Shown here piece after piece: positions 12,991-22,915 of a stretch of DNA of 64,000 nt. Position numbers and translations under genes: made by a program. This stretch comes from Haplodiscus bocki (lineage: Eukaryota): positions 56,544,001-56,608,000 of the forward strand of contig OZ296653.1 in NCBI GenBank assembly GCA_965655095.1, written 5' to 3'. The notes beneath the pieces were generated by a model. The model saw only the letters and a list, made by a program, of their open reading frames with translations. It did not search any database and was not told the origin of the DNA. Numbering within the stretch: the stretch's first letter is position 1; each line of letters begins with the position of its first letter.

Positions 12991-13275
12991 TTATTTCTTT
13001 TTGAATCCCGTTTCTGGATTCAATGATTTGTAGTGTTTGCTCAGTGTATCGTAGAGGCTAACAAATTCGCTTGTGTCACTGTCGACTTCCATATAGTAGG
13101 GCTCATTGTGGGGTTTCAGGACTCTCATTCGAATGAAAGGACAACATCCACATTGTTGTAGTTGAATAATATTGATATAAATTTGGTCTTTTTCGGGTGG
13201 TGTCCATTGTAGGAGTACTTTGAATTGTAGTTGAATTGGGGTAAGTTGCCAATGAACTGTAATTGTATTCTCCAT
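12991..13275 (-). CDS. Accessory ORF A2 (94 aa), unknown function, paralog of 13691-13975
   Basis: ATG-initiated and uninterrupted. Shares LQWxPPxKD, CxCC, SxFVSLY and a C-terminal NP with the neighbouring ORF. Confidence 0.75.
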   Translation of the reverse strand: MENTITVHWQLTPIQLQFKVLLQWTPPEKDQIYINIIQLQQCGCCPFIRMRVLKPHNEPYYMEVDSDTSEFVSLYDTLSKHYKSLNPETGFKKK

Positions 13276-13690
13276 ATTGATTCGCTGATAGAGCTTCGAG
13301 GTATTTCTTTAATTCGATTTAGAAGGGGTTTAACTTAATTTCAAACTTCTCCAGCCACTCCTAAATTTTTTTGCCATGTGAAAAAGTTAGAATACTTCGA
13401 GATTGATTCTGGTTTCTCGAGTTAGGGGAGTGAGTAGCTAACGGTTGGAGAGTAGATTCTAGAATGAATGTTGCAGTAGTGGCGCGATTTCAATGAATAT
13501 AAATACACAATCGGTGTTTCGGCGGATATTAAAGTTGATATGGGCGGGACTGCGACGGATATCAAATTGTGTTGGTGCGGATGTTTAAATGAGTTCGATG
13601 ATAATGACAGGTTTTCAGGCCTGTCATGTTCTCAGTGCGAGTCAATTGATTACTAGCACTCTGTGTTTGTCAATGTTCCAGTACAACTAA

Positions 13691-13975
13691 TCAAGCTGTT
13701 TCATTAATTTGATTTCCCATGAATCGAACTAACTCATCCAGCTCTGTTGGATTAGTGAAGACATATAAACGGAGCATTTTGTACAAGCTAACGAATTTCG
13801 TGCTTGTCGTTGAATTTTCTAAGATCGCTTGTTGTCCGTTATTCATTTTAGGATTGCTAATGAGAAGTCTCAAAGGTGCACAACAGGAGCATTTTTGCCA
13901 TTGAATTCTGTGTATTGTAAGCAGAATATCTTTGCCAGGTGGCTTCCACTGTAAATTAAGATCAAATTTCTCCAT
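13691..13975 (-). CDS. Accessory ORF A1 (94 aa), unknown function, paralog of 12991-13275
   Basis: LQWKPPGKD...QKCSCCAP...TKFVSLYKML...TNP aligns by eye with ORF A2. Confidence 0.75.
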   Translation of the reverse strand: MEKFDLNLQWKPPGKDILLTIHRIQWQKCSCCAPLRLLISNPKMNNGQQAILENSTTSTKFVSLYKMLRLYVFTNPTELDELVRFMGNQINETA

Positions 13976-14129
13976 TTCTGCTGTTCTTTTTTGTAATAAT
14001 TTTAGTTGAATAATGTCATTTAACCGGATATGAGTTTATTTTGGTTTGTTTGGTCAGTTTATGAGCCCGCTGTCATCTATTTTTGGGTGACGTGTCGTGG
14101 GGGCAGTCTTTTTTCCGCTTTGTTTTTAG

Positions 14130-14420
14130 ATGATTTTCAGGTGTTCTCCTTTTCAGAACATGGAATGTGTTCAGGTAATGTTAAATCAACTTGTCTCGTT
14201 ACTTTGTTGCCCGGACGGTACAACAGTTGTCCGGAATGGGGTAAAAAAGAGCTTTCCCCCAGGAAGAGATCCTGAATGCCCATCTGTGGTGGTTGTGCCG
14301 TCTGAGGCACCTCAGGAATCTCCCAGTGAGTATGGTAACTGGCTTACACTCGCTGTGCCCATTGTGGCGTTTCTACTCCTGGTCGTATATTGGCATCTCA
14401 AAAAAAGATCTGCAGCGTGA
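14130..14420 (+). CDS. Antisense small single-pass membrane ORF within the LTR element
   Basis: C-terminal hydrophobic stretch WLTLAVPIVAFLLLVVYW followed by basic HLKKR. An in-frame ATG at 14160 follows a tttcag acceptor-like site. Confidence 0.45.
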   Translation: MIFRCSPFQNMECVQVMLNQLVSLLCCPDGTTVVRNGVKKSFPPGRDPECPSVVVVPSEAPQESPSEYGNWLTLAVPIVAFLLLVVYWHLKKRSAA

Positions 14421-14742
14421 AAAGAGTCTCTGCCGTTCAAATGCTGTAGCTTGACTGAAGTGATTTTTAGAATGTTCTTGAGTTTAGCACTGTTCTACTC
14501 TTTCTCGCTCTTTGTTTTATTTTATTGTTACTACCTTGAACAAAGTTGTGTTATTGTTGCTGCCGCCTTGTTATTGATTGTATAGTTTTGTTTTAGATTT
14601 ATTTTGATTGTAATAATACTGAGATTTTAATTTAAGTTAGAGTACCTCATTGCCGTTCCATTTGAGTTTAGGTTGAGTGGTAGGTATGTTGTTAAAATCT
14701 GAACCGCTTGCATAATGTCAATGCCATTTTTCAGAGTGTAAA

Positions 14743-15302
14743 ATGGAAAAGTATAAATTGCTGCTCAGTTTATGCCAAGAGAATTTCAGTGCTTTGGAGC
14801 CAATGTCTGTGGAGCAGGCTGCCAAATTTCACTGTCCTTATTTGGTGAAGGGGTCAGCTGCTCTTACAAGTCAGTTAAGCATCAAGATTTAGCGGTAAAT
14901 TGTACCAATATCCGTCAGTTACTAAGGTATTTTAAAAATTGGGGCGAGAAGCATAATTTATGTTTATTTACTGGAACAAGAGTGTTAACTGCGTTGATGC
15001 CACATATTCGAGAATTACATAGAACTGACTAATGGTTTAACAGTGCCATAGTACCCATCAGTTCAGTTCATAATCCTGTGCTCCTGGTAGCCACTAGTAA
15101 CTGTGTGACTGGGTGGCACAGGCATCATGATCCGCCGACAGAAGTTGTGGCCTCTTTTTTACGGGGTCAGAAAATCTGGGTTTTTGCTTCAAAAGGGTCA
15201 AAGGAGGCAGCTCATTTATCAAACGTTAACGAAGCCAATAATTTCGAAAATTTTATTGAGGGGGTTATTTATAAACGGAAACATCGGAGAGTTGCCAAAT
15301 AG
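14743..15302 (+). pseudogene. Antisense JmjC/cupin-like (2OG-Fe oxygenase) remnant within the LTR element
   Basis: VLLVATSNCVTGWHRHHDPPTEVVASFLRGQKIWVFA resembles the JmjC core (T-x-x-H-x-D/H...G-x-K-x-W). 14772-15302 is one frame with a single stop (15030), and the upstream frame has PYLVKG. The distal His motif is not found. Confidence 0.4.
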
Positions 15303-15919
15303 TTGGGGAAGTTTAATGTTTTCTCTAAAGTTTGATTGGTTGAGTTTACGTTTTTTGCCATTTAGTTATTTAATTTCTGCGTAATGCGGGATCCCTTATA
15401 TCCTATTAAAAACGGCTTTGAATTAGGCGTTCGTGAAAGTCTCATGCGTTGGACTCACTTGTGAATTTCTCTAAGCCGAAGTCCGCGTTTGTCATTTCAT
15501 TTTTTTTGGCTGAAGATTTCTTTTTGTTCAAACATCTCAAAAGATATAGTTTCTCCTTGCGCTATGGTCTAGACCTAGTATCCTATTACAACCAGTGTGG
15601 AGCATGCTTCATGCGAAGGTATATAGGACTGCTTAATGACTTTTGTAGATCTCAGCCGAAGTGCGCGTTTAAGGAAAACTAGTATGGTTTAATGGGGTTT
15701 TGAGACTTAACTCAAAACTGGTTCAATCTTCGCTAGTATAGGTAGCTAAAAACCTGTCCTTGATCATTGCATGCAGAGAATTTTCATTCTGCATGTTTTT
15801 CGGGGTGTTTCTTGTTCGTTGACTCAAACAATGTTTGCGCTTCCACTGTTTTTTGGCGGCTACTATTGAGGTTCATTTTGGTTATCTTTTTTGTAAATCA
15901 TCTGGGGTTCTATATCAGC

Positions 15920-16402
15920 TTAGCTATTAACTTTTATTAGGTTGTGCTTTCGGAGGCATACTGTTATCCCTACTTTTATCTTTTGGAATACTTCATGTAG
16001 AATTTTATTCACTATTGACAGTTGAAATTTGTCTAGGTCGCATCCAAGTTCAGGTAGTCGAATGTTTGTCACTCCATGAGTCTCTGCATGGTTGCGCATC
16101 AAGACGAGACTGTTTTTCAGCGCATCATAAAAAAGTTTGTGGAAATATTTGGGTTTCGTTATCAAGTTGTATATCCATCTTCTTGAATATTGGTCGTAGA
16201 ATGCAAAGACTGATCCTGGTGCCAGCCCTCTGGAAGCTTCGGTTTTCATTTTTGGGTAGAGTTGGTCGAATCGCTTGGCGATACCTGCTCCCATGAAAAA
16301 GTCAGAAGAAACACAGTGTCCCATGCTAGAGGAAGTTCCAAAAAGATCGTCTTCTACTATTGACACTCTGGAGGTTCTCTGAGCTACTTGGATTGCGTTC
16401 AT
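15920..16402 (-). CDS. TARG1/OARD1 (Poa1p-like) macrodomain ADP-ribosyl hydrolase carried by the LTR element
   Basis: Colinear motifs DLF, GHCVSSDFFMGAGIA, WIYNLITK, YDALKNSL, GVTNIRLPELGCDLD, HEVF and ITV match the OARD1 pattern (GDLF, AHCISEDxxMGAGIA, YIYYLITK, MPRIGCGLD). Confidence 0.92.
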   Translation of the reverse strand: MNAIQVAQRTSRVSIVEDDLFGTSSSMGHCVSSDFFMGAGIAKRFDQLYPKMKTEASRGLAPGSVFAFYDQYSRRWIYNLITKPKYFHKLFYDALKNSLVLMRNHAETHGVTNIRLPELGCDLDKFQLSIVNKILHEVFQKIKVGITVCLRKHNLIKVNS

Positions 16403-19400
16403 GTCTGTTGTACTTCGTTTTTTGGACGTTTCTTCTTGTGTTGCTCCTAGTCTTTAAAACAAATTGCTTTTGCTGGCGTTGCCGGCGGCGATTATTAAGA
16501 GGATCAACGAAGTTTCTGGCTTCGACAGATTGTCCTTGGTTTGTGCGTTTAGCACTACGGGTTTTTTGAAGTTGTTGTCCAGCCACTTCCAGAAGACGTT
16601 CGCTTAGCCTATTGGTTTGTTGTTCTTGTATCCTTGTTGAGCGTCTCGGTGCTGTAGTGAATTGCACATATTCGTCAGATTCCTCAGAAGATTCAGGTAA
16701 TTGTGCCGTGAGATACGGAGGTGGTGTTAGTATTCTTCTAGGTTGTTCAAGTCTTTGTGCTTGGGGAATTGTTAACGGTTCCTCCATCTCAGGTGCTACC
16801 TCTGGTTGATCAACTGTTTCCTCTGCTGCTGGTGGTTGTTGAGGTTGTACCCCAAACGAGATTGAGACTCGAACGGGGCTGTCGAAGTTCGGAGTTTTCT
16901 TGTCAGGAACGGTTGGGTCACTTTCCAGAAGAGAAGGAAGACCGTTGTCAAAGAAGTCTTGTTCGCCTCGAAAATATCCCAGTGTTGGATCTGTCTGAAA
17001 GTTTTCATAAAGGATATCGTTGATGTCTGTTACCTGGTATTGGGGCTTGATCGGGCGTAGTCTAAATCGGTGAACAATTTGAGTATAATTTGTTCCAACT
17101 TTTCTGATGAAACAGTTCGAGTCGGTCAACACCTCCACTCTATAGAGAGCCAGCCAATTTTGGATTAGTTTAGGGCAGAAAGCAGATTGTTCTGTTAGTC
17201 GAGGGTTCAGCAATAGGCAGTATGTTTGTTCCTTAAGTGGGTTTGCCCTTGCTTTTTGGTCGCAGTACCTTCTGTACCTGTTGAAAGATTTTGCGAGACT
17301 CTTTTGTAGTTTGGAACTTCTTCAACAATTCATCACGTAGTGATTCTACAAAGTCGTAGTTGAAGGCTGATTTTTAGATACAGTTGCTGTAAAAACGAAT
17401 ATCCAAAGGTTTCACTGGGGCTCTTCCGTGGAAGATAACCGTTGGTGCGCATCCGATTGACGTATGATAGGATGTGTTATGGATGAACGTTGCTAAGTTA
17501 AGGAATTTATGCCAGTTGGTGAAGGTTTGGTTGCTATTTAGTTTCAGAAATCGCGTTAGGGCTGCCTGTGCCCTTTCGACTACTCCAATTGTTTGTGGGT
17601 GTTTCAATGATGCGTGAGATACTTTTATTTCTAGTAGTTGGGTGAGTTCGTGAAAAAGGTCTGACACAAACTGCGTTCTTAAATCTGAGAGGATTTCTTG
17701 TGGTAGGTAACTGTGTTGGAACATAATGGAGACTAGGGAGGTTGCCACTGAGAGTGCACTGATTGTGGTCAGTGGTACTGCAAAAAGGTATTTTGTGAAA
17801 ACATCAATAGCTGTCAGCACATACTTGTATGGTGACGATGGAAATGGTCCCAGAATGTCTATCTGCATAAGGTCGCCTGGGTAAGATTTCAATGTCGAAA
17901 CCTCTTGCAGTGGTGTTTTTAGTCTCGAGGGTTGTACCTGTTTCACTTGCAGGCATGTGGAACAGTTTCTGATATAGTCTGCAATTAATTCCACATAGTT
18001 TGGGCAATAGAAGCGTTTTCTGAATTCCTCGATGGTCCGCGTGAATCCCAAATGTCCTCCAGTTGGAGCGTTGTGTAGTCTGTACATAACTTCTTTGAAA
18101 AATGTTTTTGGTACACACAATTGTTTGTACAGCATTTTTCCATCGTGTGCGTAGTATCTTCTGTAAAGTGTTCCATCTTCTGTAAATAATCGTCGAAACT
18201 GTTTGAGGTACTTTTGTTCTTCTCCGGTAGAGTAGATGTTCGCTGTAGGTGCAGAATCAGTTTCCAACCATTTGATCACTTTTGTAATCACCGAGTAAGA
18301 ATTTTGTTCCTGTTTTAAGTTAGCTTTTGTTGTTTCCAATTCGGGATAGTCGTCCATTGGGTTTTTGTGCTGAGTTGCATTAATTTCTGTTGTTTTCTTC
18401 TTGTATTTCGTGATTCGTAGGTGACAGTTGGAAGTCAAATTCTTTAACTGTTTTACGGCCTGGTCATAGTTTCCAGATTGTTTGAGTGTGATCAATGTGT
18501 TTATATATACTACTTGAAGTAGGTCTACAGGTAAGTCATCGGCAAAAAGCTCATTGATGGTATTGTCTGGTAGCTGTGCTCGTACGTCTATTTCAATTTC
18601 TCTAATCGGGAATCTGTCTGTCAGTTTCAATTCAAGTGTTTCGTTTGGATTTGATTGCAAGTGAGATAGAAAGTCTGCGGCTGCATTCGCTTTTCCTGGA
18701 ATGTGTGTTACCACTATGTTGAATGTTGTAACTCTGTCAACATAATTCCACAGTGAGGGGGGAATGGTTTTTGCTTGGAAGAATCTAGTCAAACTTTTGT
18801 TGTCAGTCAGTATGAGTACCGGTTTTTCGCTTCCCCAAATAAAGTGAGAAAATTTTTCTAGGGCAAAATAGAGAGAAAGGAACTCCTTGCAATATATTGA
18901 CATTTTCAATTGTGCTGTATTGAAGACTTTTGATCCCAATGATACAGGTGCATAAGATTTTACATTTTCTCCTTTGTTGTTTGTGACATAGTCTTCTATC
19001 ATTAATACAAATCCGCTCCAGCGATATTTAGCGTCACATAGTATAGCATAATGGAGTCCTGGTTCGGCAAGTCTAAGAGTTTGCGTGGATGTGGTTTCAA
19101 GTTTTTCTGAGTATCTGGAAAGCATTTCTGATCTCATCTGTTATTTCAAACAAGACATTCTTACGCAGAAGTTTGTAGAAAAGAATAAGATAATCGTTCA
19201 GATTCGGTATGAAGCTGCGGAAGAATTGTAGAAAGCCTATTAGTCGTTTGACTTGTTTCACCCATTTTGGTATTTCCAGTGTTTTTAGGAATTTTTGGAT
19301 TTTTTTTACTTTCAAGTTGTAGGCTTTCTTTTGTAATTGCATTTCCGAGAACTTTTTCTGATCCGAAGACACATTTCTCTGGCGATAGTTTGAGTCCTGA

Positions 19401-21194
19401 TCTGCGTAAACATTTGAAGATAAGTCTTAAATTAGGTATGAGTTGTTCAACTGATTCCACTCCACATCTAATATCATTCATGAACTGTGTGCAAACGTTC
19501 ACTGAGAGACATGGCTCCAAGTAGTTTCTCACAAAAGCACTGAAGCCTGTAACTGATCTGTTGAGACCTCTAGCTAATCTCTGGTAAGCCATAGTTCTGG
19601 AGGCAAAATTGAACGCAAGTAGTTGTACCGAAAGAGGGTCAGCCATTTGAACACAATGGTAGGCTTGAGAGCAATCTAATTTACAAAAGATTGATTTTCC
19701 CGCAAAGTGTGTTGTTGTATCTGCCATCGTTGAAATCGGGTAGTTATTGTTATGATAATCATGTAAGAGAAGATGATTGATTCGGCGTAAGTCCACTAGA
19801 ATTCGAAGTTCTGCGTTTGGTTTTCAGTGTGCAAAAATTGGGCTGCTGTATTTCGAATGGTTGAGGCTCGTGATGATGGCGAAATATTGTAGAAGGGTGA
19901 GCTCTACTTGTAGTTCTTCACGCAAGTGGATTGGTGTTGGGGGACTTTGAGCGTAGACCGGTTGGTCGTGCTCTGGTGTTAGTTTCATGGAGATTTCGGA
20001 ATTATATCCAACGTCAAATCTGTGTTTTGCAAAAATATCCGAAAATTCGACCAATAAGTCTTCAACTTGTTGTTTCTCGTCCGCTTTGAGTATAGATTCG
20101 TTCCTTTTGAATCTTTGTAAAAACTGGTTACGGTATTCATCATTAATGCGTGGGTCAATACTGTCTAGTTCTTTTAATTTCTGTAGCTCATTGTAAATGC
20201 TTTTTTCAACACCTTTCAGTGCTGTTGGGTTTTTGCAAGTTTCCGGTGTTGGGAACCAAAACTTCTTAAAGTCGGGTTTTGGTCGAGGTGGTTGAGAATC
20301 TCCATTAAATTCTTCATCGATTATCAGCTGATTAATTTCAGGCTCAAACTCGTCTGTATTTTTGAATTTTGCCAGCGTTAGTAGTTGGGGGTCTATCGGG
20401 GTTAATGTTTCTGCTTGTTGTGGTGAAAGAAATTTAAACTATGCGACATCCGAGTTGCGGGGAATTGTGATGTCATTAGTTTGGAGATTTAGGGCAGATA
20501 AGTACAAATTTCCTTGGGAGTCAGTTCGCGACAAGGAAGAAGTGATGCACAATCCAGTCTTTTCTTCAAAACTTACTTTTCGTTCGACTATACCACATAC
20601 ATGAGCAAGTCGTTTGTTTTTCGTTTGGAGATTGCATTTCACTGTTGTTTGTTGGTTGGGGGCAATGACGCATTTTTCCATTGTTCTAATAGTCTATTGG
20701 GGTTTTCCGGTTTTATCTGTTTGCGTTGATATTTCGTTCAACTGAAGCGTCAACTCTGGTAATTTCATCAGGTTTTCTCGTGGGTAGAGTTCAATGGAGT
20801 TATTTTTGAAAAATGGATTTCCCAAAATGATGCTATTTGTGGTTGGGAGTACTAAAAATTGTTCTTTGAAATGGTTTTTTGCTATTGCAAAATCGAATTC
20901 GATTTGGCCACGCACAGGTATAAGTTGTCCTGAAGCTAGTTTCACTTTATTGACTTCAGAAGGTTGTGAGATGATTGCTGTTGTTCCGAAAGAGGATTTT
21001 AAGTCATCATAGTCCCTTTCACTGATTGCATTTGCACAGGCACCATTGTCAATTAATGCTCTCCTTTGTTGGTTGTTAGGGAACTTCAATGGAACATAAG
21101 ATAGGACATCACCTTCAAGAAAGATGCATGCAGTTATTTCATTTTGCTCATTCTTCGTCTTCCGTGGCCGTTCTTCATACTGGCGTGGCGTCAC
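16326..21194 (-). pseudogene. pol: pol (protease-RT-RNase H-integrase with a long low-complexity C-terminal tail), multiple stops and frameshifts
   Basis: PR: ALIDNGACANAI. RT: YSSPIF, DLRRIN, LDCSQAYH, FMND (decayed xxDD). RH: LCDA, KEFL, TDNKSL, NAAADFLS. IN: HNAPTGGH...CSTC, IDILGP, AIDVFTKY, HPQTIGVVER. Confidence 0.95.
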
Positions 21195-22339
21195 TCGTTT
21201 TTTGGTGCGGTTTGATATGGTATTTGTTGACTTCTATTCGCTGGTCTCCTTTGATTGCAATCTCGTGCGTAGTGATTGGGGTAGCGACAAATATAACATA
21301 CCTGTTTAGAATATGTTGTTTCTGCGATATGTTCTTCGTTCATCGATTCTTGAATTTGTGGTGTGTTATAGTTGGAGTAGTAGCTGTAGTTATTTTTGGT
21401 CTGATTTCCAGTGAAGTAGCTTCTGTTGTTATTGAAGCGTCCTCTTCCTCTATCATTGGCATATCCTCGTCCTCTAAATTTTCCTGAGTTGATGAATCTG
21501 TTATTCCCTCTATAGTACTGTGTTTGGTTGGACCTCTGATAATTCGGATTCGTTGGCGGGCTGACGTTTAATGTACTGATTCGGTTTGAAAGTTCATATT
21601 GTTGTTTCAGCTCGTCTTGTTGTTGTGTAATTTTTGTTACTGCTCCGACCAAGTTTTCTGAGAGTGAAGAACTCACCTCATTAAATGCGTCCCTTGATCA
21701 ATCTTCACTTGGGCATAGCTCAAAAAATACCATTTGTCGTCTAGCCACTGCACATAGGTCTTGCACTGTCGCTGCTTCATTTTGGTCAAGCAGTTTCCTT
21801 CTGATGAAGTTGGGCATTGCATTTGTGAAGATTTCTTTTATCCTTCTGTTTCTTTCGTTCACAGCGTTGTTAAGTATCACTTGGTTTGCTGCTTGAGCTG
21901 CTGCAACCCTGTCTATTTCACGTTGGTCGCCAGGTGGATTTGCAGGTGGAATTGGGGCAAATACCGGATCCGGGTACGCTTGGGTGGCTTTGATTTGTAC
22001 TTGAACCAAAAAGTCTTCTGGGTTACCAGTTTTGTGGTCGAACTTCAAGTTTTGGAGTTGCAATTTGTGGAGTTCCCTCAGGTTAGGGTTGCAGTAATGA
22101 TTTCTAAGAGCTGTAATCGATAGTTCGAAGTTGTCTCTAGTTGCTTGGGGTAAAGTTCTGAAGAATTGTAGCGCTGGGTCAAGTAGGTGTAGTTGTAGGA
22201 AATGTGGTTGGTTTGCTGCTGCAATATTGCCAACATTGATTAAGCTTCTGAGAAGACTCTCGAAGTCTGGCCAGTTTTCATCTGCCTTTCCGCGAAATGG
22301 GTTCAAAGTAAAATGTGGTTGTGGGTTTGTCGCTGCCAT
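21191..22339 (-). pseudogene. gag: gag with CCHC zinc knuckle; one in-frame TGA at 21698-21700
   Basis: PFRGKADENWPDFE capsid-like N-terminus and CYICRYPNHYARDC (Cx2Cx4Hx4C). ORFs 21698-22339 and 21191-21676 are in the same frame. Confidence 0.92.
21197..21203 (-). promoter_or_regulatory. -1 ribosomal frameshift heptamer A AAA AAC at the gag-pol junction
   Basis: The heptamer is in the gag frame just before the gag stop, and pol is open in the -1 frame. Confidence 0.75.
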
Positions 22340-22360
22340 TATTCTTGAATAGTTGTTTGC

Positions 22361-22381
22361 CTCACGTCCTCCTTGTCACCA
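22361..22381 (-). promoter_or_regulatory. Primer binding site (tRNA-Trp-like)
   Basis: TGGTGACAAGGAGGACGTGAG directly after the 5' LTR. Confidence 0.75.
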
Positions 22382-22915
22382 TTTAAAAATTTTTGGGGTG
22401 TTCTTTTGTTTGAATATGGGTTTCAGTCCTTTACTAGTTGCAAGACTTTGATGTACTTTTTAGTGGCTATCTTCAGTGCGTGGTGTGAGGAGGAAAACAC
22501 TGTTGAAGCATTGAAGAATTAATTTCAAGTATACAGGCAACTATTTAGTAGCATTTCCTGAAGAGCTCTCTCCTCCAATCTATTCTTTACAGCTTCATAA
22601 TTTTTCCAATCTCTTTTTTTTTGTTATCATGCGGAAATTAGAATTCAATACATGTTTTTTATTCAATATGTCTTCTTTGCATTTAATTTCCATGCGGTTA
22701 TTAAGATGTTTATTTTTTGCCCACTGGTTTATTAGTTGTTTATTTTTCCGGATATTATTATTTCCGGTTAGGGGAGGGTTTTGTTGTCAAGAAAAGATAC
22801 GTCAAAGAATTTAATAGCGCCAAGATTTAATGATTCAAAAATGGATTAGATTGAAATCATGCTTTCCCACATTGTAGGGTTTAATTAATTTCAAAATATT
22901 CGTCAGAATATTACA
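22382..22915 (-). repeat. 5' LTR
   Basis: Direct repeat of 10068-10597, adjacent to the PBS. Confidence 0.95.

Larger units (their letters stand above)
10068..22915 (-). mobile_element. Full-length env-bearing Ty3/Gypsy LTR retrotransposon with accessory ORFs (decayed)
   Basis: Two ~530-bp LTRs with TGT...ACA outer ends, 5-bp TSD GTATT (10063-10067 and 22916-22920), PBS, and gag-PR-RT-RH-IN order followed by extra ORFs and env. Confidence 0.97.

Noticed and set aside
15449-15682. Further antisense ORF in the LTR accessory region
   Set aside because: TTG start, no recognisable motif and no paralog support; it cannot be distinguished from a chance ORF.
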